Shown piece after piece: positions 21,271-31,286 of a stretch of DNA of 64,000 nucleotides. The notes under the pieces were generated by a model that was not told where the DNA came from, searched no databases, and saw nothing but the letters and a program-made list of their open reading frames with translations. Both the position numbers and the translations under genes were made by a program. Each line of letters starts with the position of its first letter. The first letter of the stretch is position 1. Origin of the DNA: a bacterium. Its GTDB lineage: Bacteria > Zhuqueibacterota > Zhuqueibacteria > Residuimicrobiales > Krinioviventaceae. The DNA lies in the NCBI GenBank assembly GCA_963674595.2, contig CAXXFV010000006.1, positions 1 through 64,000 on the forward strand, read 5' to 3'.

Positions 21271-22554
21271 ATGAGTGATATAACCATTAGGAAAAGCGCT
21301 TCTATTCTTGGCAAAATTAAGGTACCAGGGGATAAATCGATCTCACACCGGGCATTGATGTTTTCGTCTTTAGCTGAAGGTGTTTCCAATATCAAAGGTT
21401 TATCATTGGCCCAGGATGTGATGAACACGAAAAAATGTATGAAAGCACTGGGCATAACAATTGAAAAGAAAAAAGATATTCATATCGTTCATGGAAATGG
21501 TACTGATGGTTTAAAAGCTCCGGCCAAAGTTTTGGATGCCGGTAATTCCGGTACGACGATTCGTTTGCTTTCCGGTATTTTGGCTGCTCAGAATTTTACA
21601 GCGACAATAACCGGTGACGAATCTCTGCGACAACGGCCAATGCGGCGCATTATGGAGCCTTTGGAAAATATGGGAGCCCGTATAACAGCCGAAAATCACC
21701 GTGCCCCGATTACAATTCTGGGCGGTCCGTTAAAAGCCATTGATTTTGCTTCATCTGTTGCCAGTGCACAGGTTAAATCATGTGTTTTACTTGCCGGATT
21801 GTTTGCTAAAGGTCTTACCCGTGTTACCGAACCGGCCCTGTCCCGTGACCATACGGAACGGATGCTGAAAGAATTTGGCGTTCGAATTAGTTATAATAAT
21901 GGAATGACCGGTTTGTTTGGTCCTGCATCTTTAAAAGCTGTTGACCTTGATATACCCGGCGATGTTTCTGCTGCTGCATTTTTTCTGATAGCTGCCTGTT
22001 TATTGCCGAATTCCAAAATAGAGATTGAAAATGTCGGTACCAATCCGACGCGTACCGGGTTTTTGGATGCATTAGCAGCCATGGGTGCCTCAATATTTTC
22101 TATGGAAACAGCCGAAATTAATAATGAACCGCGGGCTACGCTGTCTGCTAAAACATCAGCTTTAAAAGCGACCACTTTTAGCGGGACCCTCATTCCCAGG
22201 ATTATTGATGAAGTTCCGATTTTGGCTATTGCGGCAACCCAGGCAAACGGAACAACAATTATTAAAGATGCCGGTGAACTTCGTGTTAAAGAGAGTGACA
22301 GGATTACAACCGTAACCGAAAATTTGAAAAAAATGGGCGCTAATATTCGCGAAAATAAAGACGGTATGACGATTATCGGACCTTCCAAATTAAAAGGTGC
22401 TGTAATTAATTCCTATGGTGATCATCGCATTGCCATGTCGTTTGCGGTTGCTGGTATGCTTGCCGAAGGTGAAACGACTATAAAGAACGTGGATTGTGTC
22501 AACACCTCTTTTCCTGACTTTTTTAGCTTGCTGGAATCGGTGAAACATGATTAG
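21271..22554 (+). CDS. aroA: EPSP synthase
   Basis: PGDKSISHR, DAGNSGTT, SAQVKS, ELRVKESDRI, DHRIAM. Confidence 0.97.
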   Translation: MSDITIRKSASILGKIKVPGDKSISHRALMFSSLAEGVSNIKGLSLAQDVMNTKKCMKALGITIEKKKDIHIVHGNGTDGLKAPAKVLDAGNSGTTIRLLSGILAAQNFTATITGDESLRQRPMRRIMEPLENMGARITAENHRAPITILGGPLKAIDFASSVASAQVKSCVLLAGLFAKGLTRVTEPALSRDHTERMLKEFGVRISYNNGMTGLFGPASLKAVDLDIPGDVSAAAFFLIAACLLPNSKIEIENVGTNPTRTGFLDALAAMGASIFSMETAEINNEPRATLSAKTSALKATTFSGTLIPRIIDEVPILAIAATQANGTTIIKDAGELRVKESDRITTVTENLKKMGANIRENKDGMTIIGPSKLKGAVINSYGDHRIAMSFAVAGMLAEGETTIKNVDCVNTSFPDFFSLLESVKHD

Positions 22555-23425
22555 GGCCACGAATAAAGTTTTTGCTGTTATAGGTGATCCGATTCACCAT
22601 AGTTTGTCTCCTGTTATGCAAAACTGGATGATTGAATATTTCAATTTACCGGCCGTATATACTGCTTTTCATGTGAAAAACGAAAATCTGGAAAAGACAG
22701 TTGAAGCGATGCGGGCAATGGGCATTTCCGGGTTGAATGTAACCGTCCCGCATAAAGAGGCTGTTTTACCATTTGTTAATGAAATAGCTGACGATACTAA
22801 AATGCTGAAAGCCGCTAATACCTTAAAAAATGTAAACGGTGTTATTAAAGCTTTTACAACAGACAGTTATGGATTTATCGAATCTCTTGGAAAAAACAGG
22901 CAAAGATTTGATAATAGTTCGGTGGTTATGTTTGGCGCCGGAGGCGCGGCAAAATCAATCGCTTATGCGCTTGCGAAATTAAAAGTGAAATCGGTGACAG
23001 TGTTGGATATTGATCAGCAGCGTGTTGATCATTTATCCAAACAATGTTCCGCTTATGGTATCAGTCAGGTAACCGGGCTTTTATCGCAACAACAGGATTT
23101 GACCTTTTTAAAAGATACCGATGTTATTATCAACACATCACCTGTTGGTATGTATCCGAATATACAGGCTTGTGTAATTGATGATTTTTCAATGATCTCT
23201 GATAGACATTTTGTTTACGATTTGGTCTATAATCCCGGAAAAACAAAGTTGCTGGCCGAAGCGGAAAAACAAGGCGCTGCCATTCAAAACGGCCTGGAGA
23301 TGTTGATATTTCAGGGACTGGAGTCTTTAAGAATTTGGATGGACAATAAAGATTTAATATTAAGTAAAGATGCATTAACTGAATTGAAACAAATTATGAT
23401 GGCGGAACTTTTACGTGATGAATAA
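22547..23425 (+). CDS. aroE: Shikimate dehydrogenase
   Basis: HSLSP, NVTVPHK, GAGGAA, DLVYNP. Confidence 0.95.
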   Translation: MIRATNKVFAVIGDPIHHSLSPVMQNWMIEYFNLPAVYTAFHVKNENLEKTVEAMRAMGISGLNVTVPHKEAVLPFVNEIADDTKMLKAANTLKNVNGVIKAFTTDSYGFIESLGKNRQRFDNSSVVMFGAGGAAKSIAYALAKLKVKSVTVLDIDQQRVDHLSKQCSAYGISQVTGLLSQQQDLTFLKDTDVIINTSPVGMYPNIQACVIDDFSMISDRHFVYDLVYNPGKTKLLAEAEKQGAAIQNGLEMLIFQGLESLRIWMDNKDLILSKDALTELKQIMMAELLRDE

Positions 23426-24626
23426 AATACGATTTTTAACGGCCGGTGAGTCCCATGGACAGGCTTTGAATACGATTATTGAGGGAATACCGGCTGGTTT
23501 GGAATTATATGAAACAGATATTGCTAAAGAATTAAAAAGACGGCAGCGCGGATATGGCCGCGGCGGACGTATGCAGATTGAAAAAGATTATGCTAAAATA
23601 TTATCCGGAGTCCGGTATGGCCGTACATTGGGAAGTCCTATTTCATTATTAATAGAAAATAAGGACTGGCCAAACTGGGTCGAAAAAATGTCGGTAGAAC
23701 CGGTGGAAAATCCGGTGCCTAAATTGCAAATGCCCCGACCCGGTCATGCTGACTTTGCCGGGATGGTTAAATATCAGCACGATGATTTAAGAAATTTACT
23801 GGAACGTTCATCAGCCCGTGAAACAGCTATGCGAGTGGCAGCCGGGGCTGTTGCCAGAAAACTTTTATCAGAATTTAATATCCGTATTTACGGGCATGTT
23901 ATCCGTATCGGTTCTGTTGAATCAGAAACAACTGCAATGGATTTGTTGACCGGCCCAAAATCACGGTTTGAAAAACAGTTGCAGACATGGGAACAAATGA
24001 TGGCTGTGGCGGAAAAATCCGAACTTGCCTGTTTCGATGAAAAAGCCACGCAAAAAATGATACCCATAATCGATGCGGCAAAAGAAAGGGGAGATACTCT
24101 TGGCGGCATATTTGAAATTGTTGCTGTGAATGTACCGGTTGGTTTGGGAAGCCATATACACTGGGACCGTAAACTGGATGGAGCGATTGCCGGCGCCATG
24201 ATGAGTATCAATGCCATGAAATCCGTTGAAATCGGATTGGGCGCAGGTGTTGCTGAAATTCCGGGCAGCCGGGTCCATGATCAAATATATTATGATGAAA
24301 AAGATAGTTTTTATCGAAATACAAATCATGCCGGCGGGGTAGAGGGAGGCATGAGTAATGGCGAACCAATTATTGTTCGTGTTGCCATGAAACCCATACC
24401 TACATTGTCCCAGCCATTAAATTCTGTTGACGTGGGTACAAAGCAGGCGAAACAGGCTTTTAGTGAACGTTCTGATGTGTGTGCCGTTCCGGCAGCGACT
24501 GTTGTCGGCGAAGCGATGCTGGCGCTGGTTTTGGCAAATGCTCTCTGTGATAAAGTTGGCGGTGATTCCGTAGCGGAAATGAAAAGAAATGCGGGAGGTT
24601 TACCAAGTGTACCTTTGGGATGGTAA
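23415..24626 (+). CDS. aroC: Chorismate synthase
   Basis: [43 protein letters not shown]. Confidence 0.97.
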   Translation: MMNKIRFLTAGESHGQALNTIIEGIPAGLELYETDIAKELKRRQRGYGRGGRMQIEKDYAKILSGVRYGRTLGSPISLLIENKDWPNWVEKMSVEPVENPVPKLQMPRPGHADFAGMVKYQHDDLRNLLERSSARETAMRVAAGAVARKLLSEFNIRIYGHVIRIGSVESETTAMDLLTGPKSRFEKQLQTWEQMMAVAEKSELACFDEKATQKMIPIIDAAKERGDTLGGIFEIVAVNVPVGLGSHIHWDRKLDGAIAGAMMSINAMKSVEIGLGAGVAEIPGSRVHDQIYYDEKDSFYRNTNHAGGVEGGMSNGEPIIVRVAMKPIPTLSQPLNSVDVGTKQAKQAFSERSDVCAVPAATVVGEAMLALVLANALCDKVGGDSVAEMKRNAGGLPSVPLGW

Positions 24627-25143
24627 AAATATCTATTTTATGGGGTTCATGGCGACCGGTAAAACCCATGTAGGGAGCTCATTGGCAAATTTGCTGGGCT
24701 GGCCTTTTCATGATACGGACACGTTAATCGAGGAAAAAGCAGGAAAAACAATTACCGAGATTTTTGCGGATGACGGCGAAAAACATTTTCGTGACCTGGA
24801 AACAGCCGTTATTGCTGATGTGGCTAAAGTAAAACACCATGTTATTGCCCTTGGGGGCGGTGCTGTTATTCGTCCTGAAAATTTTGACATGATAAAAAAA
24901 AGCGGTATAACAATATGCCTGTCTGCTTCTGAAGATGTTATTTTTAACAGAATTATTCAAAAACAACATCGGCCTCTGATGGCTTCATACAGTCCGGATG
25001 AACAGCGCGCACGGATAAAAAATATGCTGAATGAGCGAAAGCCATATTATGAAAAAGCAGACTATGTGTTTGAGAGTTGCGACGATGTTTCAGCGCACCG
25101 GCTGGCAGAAAAAATATTTTCCATACTCAGAGACGAAATATGA
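24607..25143 (+). CDS. aroK: Shikimate kinase
   Basis: GFMATGKT P-loop, [21 protein letters not shown] 24607 has GGAGG 8 nt upstream. Confidence 0.95.
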   Translation: MYLWDGKNIYFMGFMATGKTHVGSSLANLLGWPFHDTDTLIEEKAGKTITEIFADDGEKHFRDLETAVIADVAKVKHHVIALGGGAVIRPENFDMIKKSGITICLSASEDVIFNRIIQKQHRPLMASYSPDEQRARIKNMLNERKPYYEKADYVFESCDDVSAHRLAEKIFSILRDEI

Positions 25144-26234
25144 TATTAAATGTAGAACTCGATCAACCCTATCCGATATATATCGATCATGATAATATTT
25201 CCAAACTCCCTGATCTGCTGAAAAAGCTCAATGCCGAACAGGAATTGTTTGTTATAACCGATGAAAATGTCAGTCGTTATCATATTGATAAATTAATCAA
25301 TGTTTTAAAAAATAGTAATCTGGATGCTAAAATTATAACCGTTAAACCCGGTGAGTCATCCAAGTCGCTTGAAACGGCTAATGAAATTTACACACAGCTC
25401 ATTCAATACAAAGCCACCCGAAATGCCGTTATTCTGGCCTTTGGCGGCGGCGTTGTGGGTGATCTGGCTGGTTATATCGCAGCAACCTATTTAAGAGGTG
25501 TGAGATTTGTGCAAATCCCGACGACTATTTTAAGTCAGGTAGACAGCAGTGTCGGCGGCAAAGTCGGTATCAACCATCAATTGGGAAAAAACTTGATCGG
25601 TGCGTTTTATCAGCCATTGTTTGTTTTGATTGATTCCATGTTTTTAAAAACACTACCGCCGCGTGAAATTATCGCCGGAATGGGTGAGGTCGTCAAGTAT
25701 GGATTTATCTGGGACGAGTTATTTCTGGAGAAAATTCAGCAGAATTGGGCGTCGCTTATTGAATTAAGTGATAGGGAGCTTTTGGAAAATATCCTTTACC
25801 GGTGTTGTGAAATAAAGGCGGATGTTGTCGCCCAGGATGAACGTGAATCCGGATTGCGTGCTATATTGAATTTTGGTCATACCATCGGTCATGCTCTGGA
25901 GGCTGCCACACATTATAAACATTTTCTTCATGGTGAGGCTGTTATACACGGCATGAAAGGCGCTCTTTATTTGTCCCTTTGTTCCGGTTCATTATCGGAT
26001 GAAAAATATAATCACTATTTACAGTTTATGAACACGTTACCTGTTCCTGCTGTACCGGATTTCCTGGATGTTGAAACTGTGAAAAACGCCATGCTGCGGG
26101 ACAAAAAAAGGTCTGCAAAAGGTCAGTTATGGGTGCTTGTAAACAAAATCGGTAAAGCTGTGCTTAAAAACAATCTGGATGAGGCACATGTTGAACAGGC
26201 CATCGAACTGATTTTAAATAACGGACAACAATAA
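25140..26234 (+). CDS. aroB: 3-dehydroquinate synthase
   Basis: GGGVVGDLAG, PTT..QVDSSVGGK, KNLIGAFYQP, LNFGHTIGHALE. Confidence 0.97.
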   Translation: MILNVELDQPYPIYIDHDNISKLPDLLKKLNAEQELFVITDENVSRYHIDKLINVLKNSNLDAKIITVKPGESSKSLETANEIYTQLIQYKATRNAVILAFGGGVVGDLAGYIAATYLRGVRFVQIPTTILSQVDSSVGGKVGINHQLGKNLIGAFYQPLFVLIDSMFLKTLPPREIIAGMGEVVKYGFIWDELFLEKIQQNWASLIELSDRELLENILYRCCEIKADVVAQDERESGLRAILNFGHTIGHALEAATHYKHFLHGEAVIHGMKGALYLSLCSGSLSDEKYNHYLQFMNTLPVPAVPDFLDVETVKNAMLRDKKRSAKGQLWVLVNKIGKAVLKNNLDEAHVEQAIELILNNGQQ

Positions 26235-26250
26235 TCATTTGGAGGTCTCT

Positions 26251-26694
26251 TTGTATCATATTCTTGTTATTCACGGTCCTAATCTGAACTTGCTGGGTGA
26301 ACGGGAACCCGGCGTTTACGGTCATTTGAACCTGCAGGACGTGAACAGATACATTGAACAAAAAGCCTCTGACCTGAATGTTACGGTTGAATTTTTTCAA
26401 TCAAACCATGAGGGGCATTTAATAGATTTTATTCATAATAACAGGCACGATGCTCAGGGGATTGTCATCAATCCCGGCGCGCTGACTCATTACAGTTACA
26501 GCCTGAGGGATGCGATTGCCGGTGTTCAGTTACCCACGATTGAAGTGCATTTATCGGATATTCATTCCCGGGAAGACTTTAGAAAAATATCCGTGATTCG
26601 TGAGGTGTGTATCAATCAAATCTCGGGTCTGGGGCTCGACAGCTATTTAACAGGATTGGAAAATCTTGTGTCATATCTTGATGAAAAAAAGTAA
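26251..26694 (+). CDS. aroQ: Type II 3-dehydroquinate dehydratase
   Basis: HGPNLNLLGEREP, QSNHEG, NPGALTHYS, EVHLSDIHSRE. TTG start after GGAGG. Confidence 0.96.
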   Translation: MYHILVIHGPNLNLLGEREPGVYGHLNLQDVNRYIEQKASDLNVTVEFFQSNHEGHLIDFIHNNRHDAQGIVINPGALTHYSYSLRDAIAGVQLPTIEVHLSDIHSREDFRKISVIREVCINQISGLGLDSYLTGLENLVSYLDEKK

Positions 26695-26708
26695 ATCAAA
26701 ACAATAAA

Positions 26709-26786
26709 TTAAAAGGTAGTCTTACAAAAGTTTTCAATTTTTCCAGCATATAGCCACATGACAACATGGGTATCAAGGTAAATCAA
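26709..26786 (-). pseudogene. Truncated PIN-domain (VapC) toxin, 25 aa remnant
   Basis: MIYLDTHVVMWLYAGKIENFCKTTF* has the LDTH PIN N-terminus; it overlaps the antitoxin end and has an AAGGAGG SD. Confidence 0.8.
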
Positions 26787-27026
26787 GATTTACCTCCTTT
26801 TCCCAACTAATATCCACTAATTCTCATCAGGATTTCCCCTAATCACATTTGGCCTTGATACTAAATTTTCAAGTTTATTTACTTTTTCTGCAGGCATGAT
26901 CTTTAACTTCCGATCTCCTTTATTTATCTCTATTGGAATGCCGGTATTCAATACTTCATCAAGAAGTTTATATATATTTCCTCTTAATTCTGTTACTGTG
27001 ATTGTTTTTATTGCTCTTTTCCTCAT
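26773..27026 (-). pseudogene. Phd/YefM-type antitoxin, frameshifted
   Basis: KTITVTELRGNIYKLLDEV..TG.P.EI. An extra GA at ~26822-26826 shifts off the tail LVDISWEKEVNLDLP*. Upstream palindrome TGCGTACGCA. Confidence 0.8.
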
Positions 27027-27135
27027 AATATGTGCGTACGCATTATTATATAGACACGTACATATTAGAAAGAAATTTAAATAAATCAATAAAAATGTTA
27101 ACTCTTTCTATGAAAAGTTCATGAATGAGTTCATA

Positions 27136-27257
27136 GTATAACAATGGTGTGAGCGGCTTGCGTTTTGGATTGTGGAACTGTGAAAATTGTAACTGAGCTT
27201 GTTTTTTTGCATCGCGTTATCCCCTGCATAGTAGGTCCGCTCCACGCCGGATTAGGC
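27136..27257 (-). mobile_element. Integron attC recombination site (122 bp), no integrase in window
   Basis: Minus strand R'' GCCTAAT, 5 nt, L'' GTGGAGCG ... L' CGCTCAC, 6 nt, R' GTTATAC. The bottom-strand hairpin has two extrahelical bases (C, T). Confidence 0.8.
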
Positions 27258-27313
27258 AGTATTTCGTTTTTTTTTACTCCATATAATCTCCATAATTAAA
27301 AGCCTTGACGTTT

Positions 27314-27730
27314 TTATATGGTCTTGACCAGGAATAACCACTTGCCGTAGTTTTGACCCAGCCAACCATGGGCTAGTGTACGATATTTCACTTCTGATGG
27401 AAATGTCGGATTAACCGTCACCCAGACAGACTCGACCTGCCAGTCGGGTCCCACTCCAGCGGGTTCGAAGCGAATGTAGACAGGGCACTGCTCAATGTAA
27501 TTGATATATAACGAGCGGGGATCGTTTACCGAGTTCTGTATCACATTTGCATGGAGACCCAACACAAATTGCTCGGTCCCTTGCGTGGACTTGGGTTTCT
27601 CGAAATCGTCATGCCTTGTGTCCAGTAGGAACTCACGGCCGGCAATACCTAGATAGACATACCCATCAGTCCCTGCTCCAGAGGAGCTACCTGTCTTGAC
27701 CTCTACTAATATTTTTTCGATCTTCGTCAT
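27314..27730 (-). CDS. Small stand-alone PLAT/LH2-like domain protein
   Basis: V.TG....AGTD..VYL, DDFE and W.VESV.V pattern of PLAT domains; GGAGG SD before MTKIEK; visibly more GC-rich than its flanks. Confidence 0.6.
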   Translation of the reverse strand: MTKIEKILVEVKTGSSSGAGTDGYVYLGIAGREFLLDTRHDDFEKPKSTQGTEQFVLGLHANVIQNSVNDPRSLYINYIEQCPVYIRFEPAGVGPDWQVESVWVTVNPTFPSEVKYRTLAHGWLGQNYGKWLFLVKTI

Positions 27731-28387
27731 AGTATAATCCTCCATGAAATATGTTTTGCTCGCCCAGGAAATTTTTTCCAGGGTGTTAAATAAAACAGGG
27801 CATGTACCCTGATCAGTTCTCAAATAACGGACTCATTGATAGTTACCTCAATTTTTTTGTCCATTAATAACGTTTGTGATCTGCTGTAGCGCATTTTAAT
27901 AGTGTTTCATTTTATAGTCATATTGGTTTTTAAACCCTTGTTTTATCCGTAAGATACCCCGAATAATCACATCCCTGGAGAAACTAAGGGTCTTCGAAAC
28001 AGGGGATTTCAAGCATTAGACGTTAAAACCTATAGTCCAATAGCTATAGTTCCCATTAATCCTAAAACCATTTATTCTGATCATATATTCTGTCTATTTG
28101 TTTTGCAGCATCATCGCTTTCCGACCTCACTTGATTTTATAAGGCTTCAACATCCTTACGAAGCAAAGAGACAGAAAAAGCTCGTTCAACATCTGAACCC
28201 AATGATTTTTGTAATATTTCTATTTCTTTATCCAAATTTTTACTAAGTCGATTGTTCTGAATTTTGACAAATTGCCTCCAATTTTTATACCAACATTTTC
28301 CTGAGCGTATATGCTTATATTGCATATCAGTGTAAGTATAGTAATAAGCATTATCACTTTTTTATTTATTTTCATTTTATACTCCCT

Positions 28388-29035
28388 TTAAAAATAATAG
28401 TTTATTATGAGACAAAACGATATAAATTTTGAATTGATATTAGTCTTCCGCCGAAGCTCATCAACACTGCCATAAAGGTCGATGCGGGTTTGCAAATCAA
28501 CGGAAAACCAGTCGAACTTTTTCCCGAGACCGACACGTACATCAATCGTTGAATTTCTAAACTCTGACAACATTGCATCATATTGCATAAAATAGTCTGC
28601 ATCTTCTTCTGGAAAATCTCCAGGTTCAATTATAAAAATAGTTGAAATTTTTGAATTGTCAACGATAGACCAACACGGTGTTAAAGCGGCTGTAAAATAA
28701 ACTCTTTTCTGTTCGGCAAACATATAACTGTACTTGAAGGGAAAGGCCAGGTACCCTACCTGCCAGTCAGCATTTATTTTCAACAACCATTGTTCACTGT
28801 AAACATACTTGTTTTCTACCCGGGTGCCTCTGTACAAATATTCAATTCCCAATGAAAAATAGGCCCTTTCGCTTTTTCTCCATTCCTTACCCAATTCTAT
28901 CGAAAAACCGGGCAATATTTTGGAATCGCTATTATAGAATGTTGATAAATTAAATCCCGCACTGATATATTTTTCAGATGCGTAACTTTGAATTGGTAAT
29001 AAGACCAATAAAATAAAAAGGATTAGCCTTTTCAT
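28388..29035 (-). CDS. Outer membrane beta-barrel protein (PorT/OMP_b-brl-like)
   Basis: Signal peptide, GFNLSTF, YLAFP, alternating beta strands, C-terminal aromatic YYF; AAGGAG SD. Confidence 0.7.
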   Translation of the reverse strand: MKRLILFILLVLLPIQSYASEKYISAGFNLSTFYNSDSKILPGFSIELGKEWRKSERAYFSLGIEYLYRGTRVENKYVYSEQWLLKINADWQVGYLAFPFKYSYMFAEQKRVYFTAALTPCWSIVDNSKISTIFIIEPGDFPEEDADYFMQYDAMLSEFRNSTIDVRVGLGKKFDWFSVDLQTRIDLYGSVDELRRKTNINSKFISFCLIINYYF

Positions 29036-29104
29036 TTTTTAACTCCTTAAATTTGAAAACAATTATAAAAAACGAATTTTGTGAGGTACGTTGTTAAAAG
29101 AATC

Positions 29105-29385
29105 ATCATAGAGAACTGATTTTTTTTAGTAAGATGCTTCCGACATTTCAAGCCTTTTTCGTCATGCCTGTGAAAACAGGCATCCAGCGAGAAATGTGGA
29201 CTCTGGATTACCGCGTGCGCGGTAATGACAAGAATGGTTTGGTTTTAAGAGATTTGCTGAAATAAAGAGCTGATTCATACAAGGTAAGATGTTTTTAGCA
29301 TCACAATCCCTTTTGTCATGCCTGTGAAAACAGGCATCCAGAGGAAAGTATAGATTCTGGATTACTAACGTAGTAATGACAAGAA
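29105..29385. repeat. Tandem array A: 2 palindromic cores (29161-29229, 29315-29380), 154-bp period
   Basis: GTCATGCCTGTGAAAACAGGCATCCAG-N-CTGGATTAC..GTAATGAC cores joined by a conserved ~85-bp linker. Confidence 0.92.
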
Positions 29386-29492
29386 AGATTTGTCTTTATA
29401 ACATTGCTTTATTGTCATTTGTTAATATCCTGCTCGAATATAGAATAGTTTGGTGAACTCTGTTATCCTTGCCTACGGTGTGCTTGTAAAAT

Positions 29493-30509
29493 TTAATTAT
29501 TATTTATATAATGCAAAATACCACCCTTACTACCAACAGCCCATCCATCCCCATTTTGCAAAAAAGTAAATGAGTATATCCTTTGATAGATATCAGAATC
29601 TATCTCCCACGATGATCCACTATCCTTTGTTATTAATGTTCTGTCAAATGGGAAATTACACAACCAGCCGAGATCTTTATTAATAAAAAAGAAACATTGC
29701 ACTCCTCCTATATCCATAAATGAAGATTCAGATATTCTTACCCAAATTTTACCTCCATCTTTAGTTGCATAAAATCCCAGATAATCGTCCCGGCTTGATA
29801 CCCACCCATGTAAAGAGTCTACAAATTGAATACAAGTAAATGATGGAAGCGGCGTTAAATTAAAGTTTTTCTCATCCCAGGATAATCCAGCATCTTTTGA
29901 TAAAAGAATTTTACCTCCAAATCCACATATCCAAATATTCTCATTTTCGATGGAAATTTTTGTTAGAGTTGATAACTCATATCCTGATAACATGCTCCAG
30001 TTCTCTCCGCCGTTATCCGTTCGCAATAAAATCCCTTTACTGTCAAAGTCTCCATAACCACCGACTGCAAATCCTATGTCTTTATTTAAAAACTGAATAT
30101 CCCGAAAATGGCCATCTCCTAAATTTTGGAAATATTGTAAATTCCAGGTTTTCCCTCCATCTGTTGTGCATAGAATCGTATCCTTGCCACATGCCCACCC
30201 GCAATAGTTGTCGACAAAGTCTACAGCCTTGAGAAAAGTTCCAGTATTACATGACTGTGTTTCCCATTTGTTGCCTCCATCTTTTGTATGTAATATTATT
30301 CCAGAATCTCCTGCAATCCAAGCGTTTTTGCCGTCAAAAAAATCAATATCATACAGTGTTTTTGTTACACCGCTTTCAACTTTAATCCAGTTATTTTTAT
30401 CATTGTCTGGACCTGTACTATAGTCTTCATTATTACAACTTGTAAGAGCCCAAAACAATACAAAAGAAATTATTAACTCTAGTCTCATGTGTAAAAATCC
30501 CATTTTCAA
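29493..30509 (-). CDS. YCF48/BNR (Asp-box) repeat beta-propeller lipoprotein
   Basis: Lipobox LTSC; repeated T.DGG..W and GW..G motifs. Start may be at 30488. Confidence 0.82.
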   Translation of the reverse strand: MKMGFLHMRLELIISFVLFWALTSCNNEDYSTGPDNDKNNWIKVESGVTKTLYDIDFFDGKNAWIAGDSGIILHTKDGGNKWETQSCNTGTFLKAVDFVDNYCGWACGKDTILCTTDGGKTWNLQYFQNLGDGHFRDIQFLNKDIGFAVGGYGDFDSKGILLRTDNGGENWSMLSGYELSTLTKISIENENIWICGFGGKILLSKDAGLSWDEKNFNLTPLPSFTCIQFVDSLHGWVSSRDDYLGFYATKDGGKIWVRISESSFMDIGGVQCFFFINKDLGWLCNFPFDRTLITKDSGSSWEIDSDIYQRIYSFTFLQNGDGWAVGSKGGILHYINNN

Positions 30510-30683
30510 ACACTCACACTGTTTAATCTCGTCTGTTTTATAGAAATATAATAAATAGATAAATCACAGTTTGTCCTGGATATAGCATTCCCGTCATACG
30601 TTAGCCGACCGACTTTACTATTAGATTATAAATTTGGTCATCTATACTCCCCGGAGAGTCTTTAATTTGATTTTTATTATTCT

Positions 30684-30712
30684 ATAATATTTACTATTTC
30701 AGACAAAGTCAA
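30684..30712 (-). promoter_or_regulatory. Sigma70 promoter upstream of the YCF48-like gene
   Basis: Minus strand TTGACT-17 nt-TATTAT. Confidence 0.55.
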
Positions 30713-30739
30713 GTGTTCTTTACATGTCATTCTGGAAGA

Positions 30740-31185
30740 ACTTTTCCAGAATTAGGAACTGTTTGTTAGAAAGGTAAGATTCTTTCAGCATGAAAACCCT
30801 TTCCGTCATGCCTGTGAAAACATGCATCCAACGTGAAAATGTGAATTCTGGATTACCGCTTGCGCGGTAATGACAAGAATGGTTTGGTTTTAAGAGATTT
30901 TCTGAAATAAAGAACTGACTCATGGAAGGTAAGATGTTTTCAGCATGAGAATTTCTTTTGTCATGCCTGGAATACAGGCAACCAGCAGGAAAATGTGAAT
31001 TCTGGATTACCGCTTGTGCGGTAATGGCAGGAATGGTTTGGTTTTGAGAAATTTTCTGAAATAAAGAACTGATTCATAGAATGTAAGAAGCTTTCAGCAT
31101 AATAACTCCTTTTGCTATGCCTGTGAAAACAGGCATCCAACGTGAAAATGTGAATTCTGGATTAGCGCTTGTACCCAAATGACAG
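30740..31185. repeat. Tandem array B: 3 palindromic cores (30805-30874, 30960-31028, 31114-31183), 154-155-bp period
   Basis: Same core and linker as array A, same orientation. Confidence 0.92.
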
Positions 31186-31286
31186 AGCAGATTTTCCATA
31201 AGCAGAAAACCATTTTCCAATAATTACAGGTTGATTTTTCGCCGCTTTAATGCTATATTCGACCTTGTATCGGTGAGGAATAAAAT

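Noticed and set aside
24620-24630. Possible frameshifted ATG start of aroK
   Set aside because: An in-frame GTG at 24607 with a GGAGG SD explains the gene without an indel.
27865-28028. Second attC (TTTTAAC...GTTATTA on the minus strand)
   Set aside because: L-box pairing and spacer lengths are non-canonical; at best a degraded remnant.
28137-28325. 62-aa minus-strand ORF
   Set aside because: No recognisable motif; possibly a gene fragment, but not supportable as a feature.
30720-30923. 67-aa ORF on the minus strand
   Set aside because: It is a translation of the repeat unit, with no independent evidence of coding.
29105-31185. CRISPR array interpretation of the periodic repeats
   Set aside because: The linkers are conserved rather than unique spacers, the unit is ~154 bp, and no cas genes are present.
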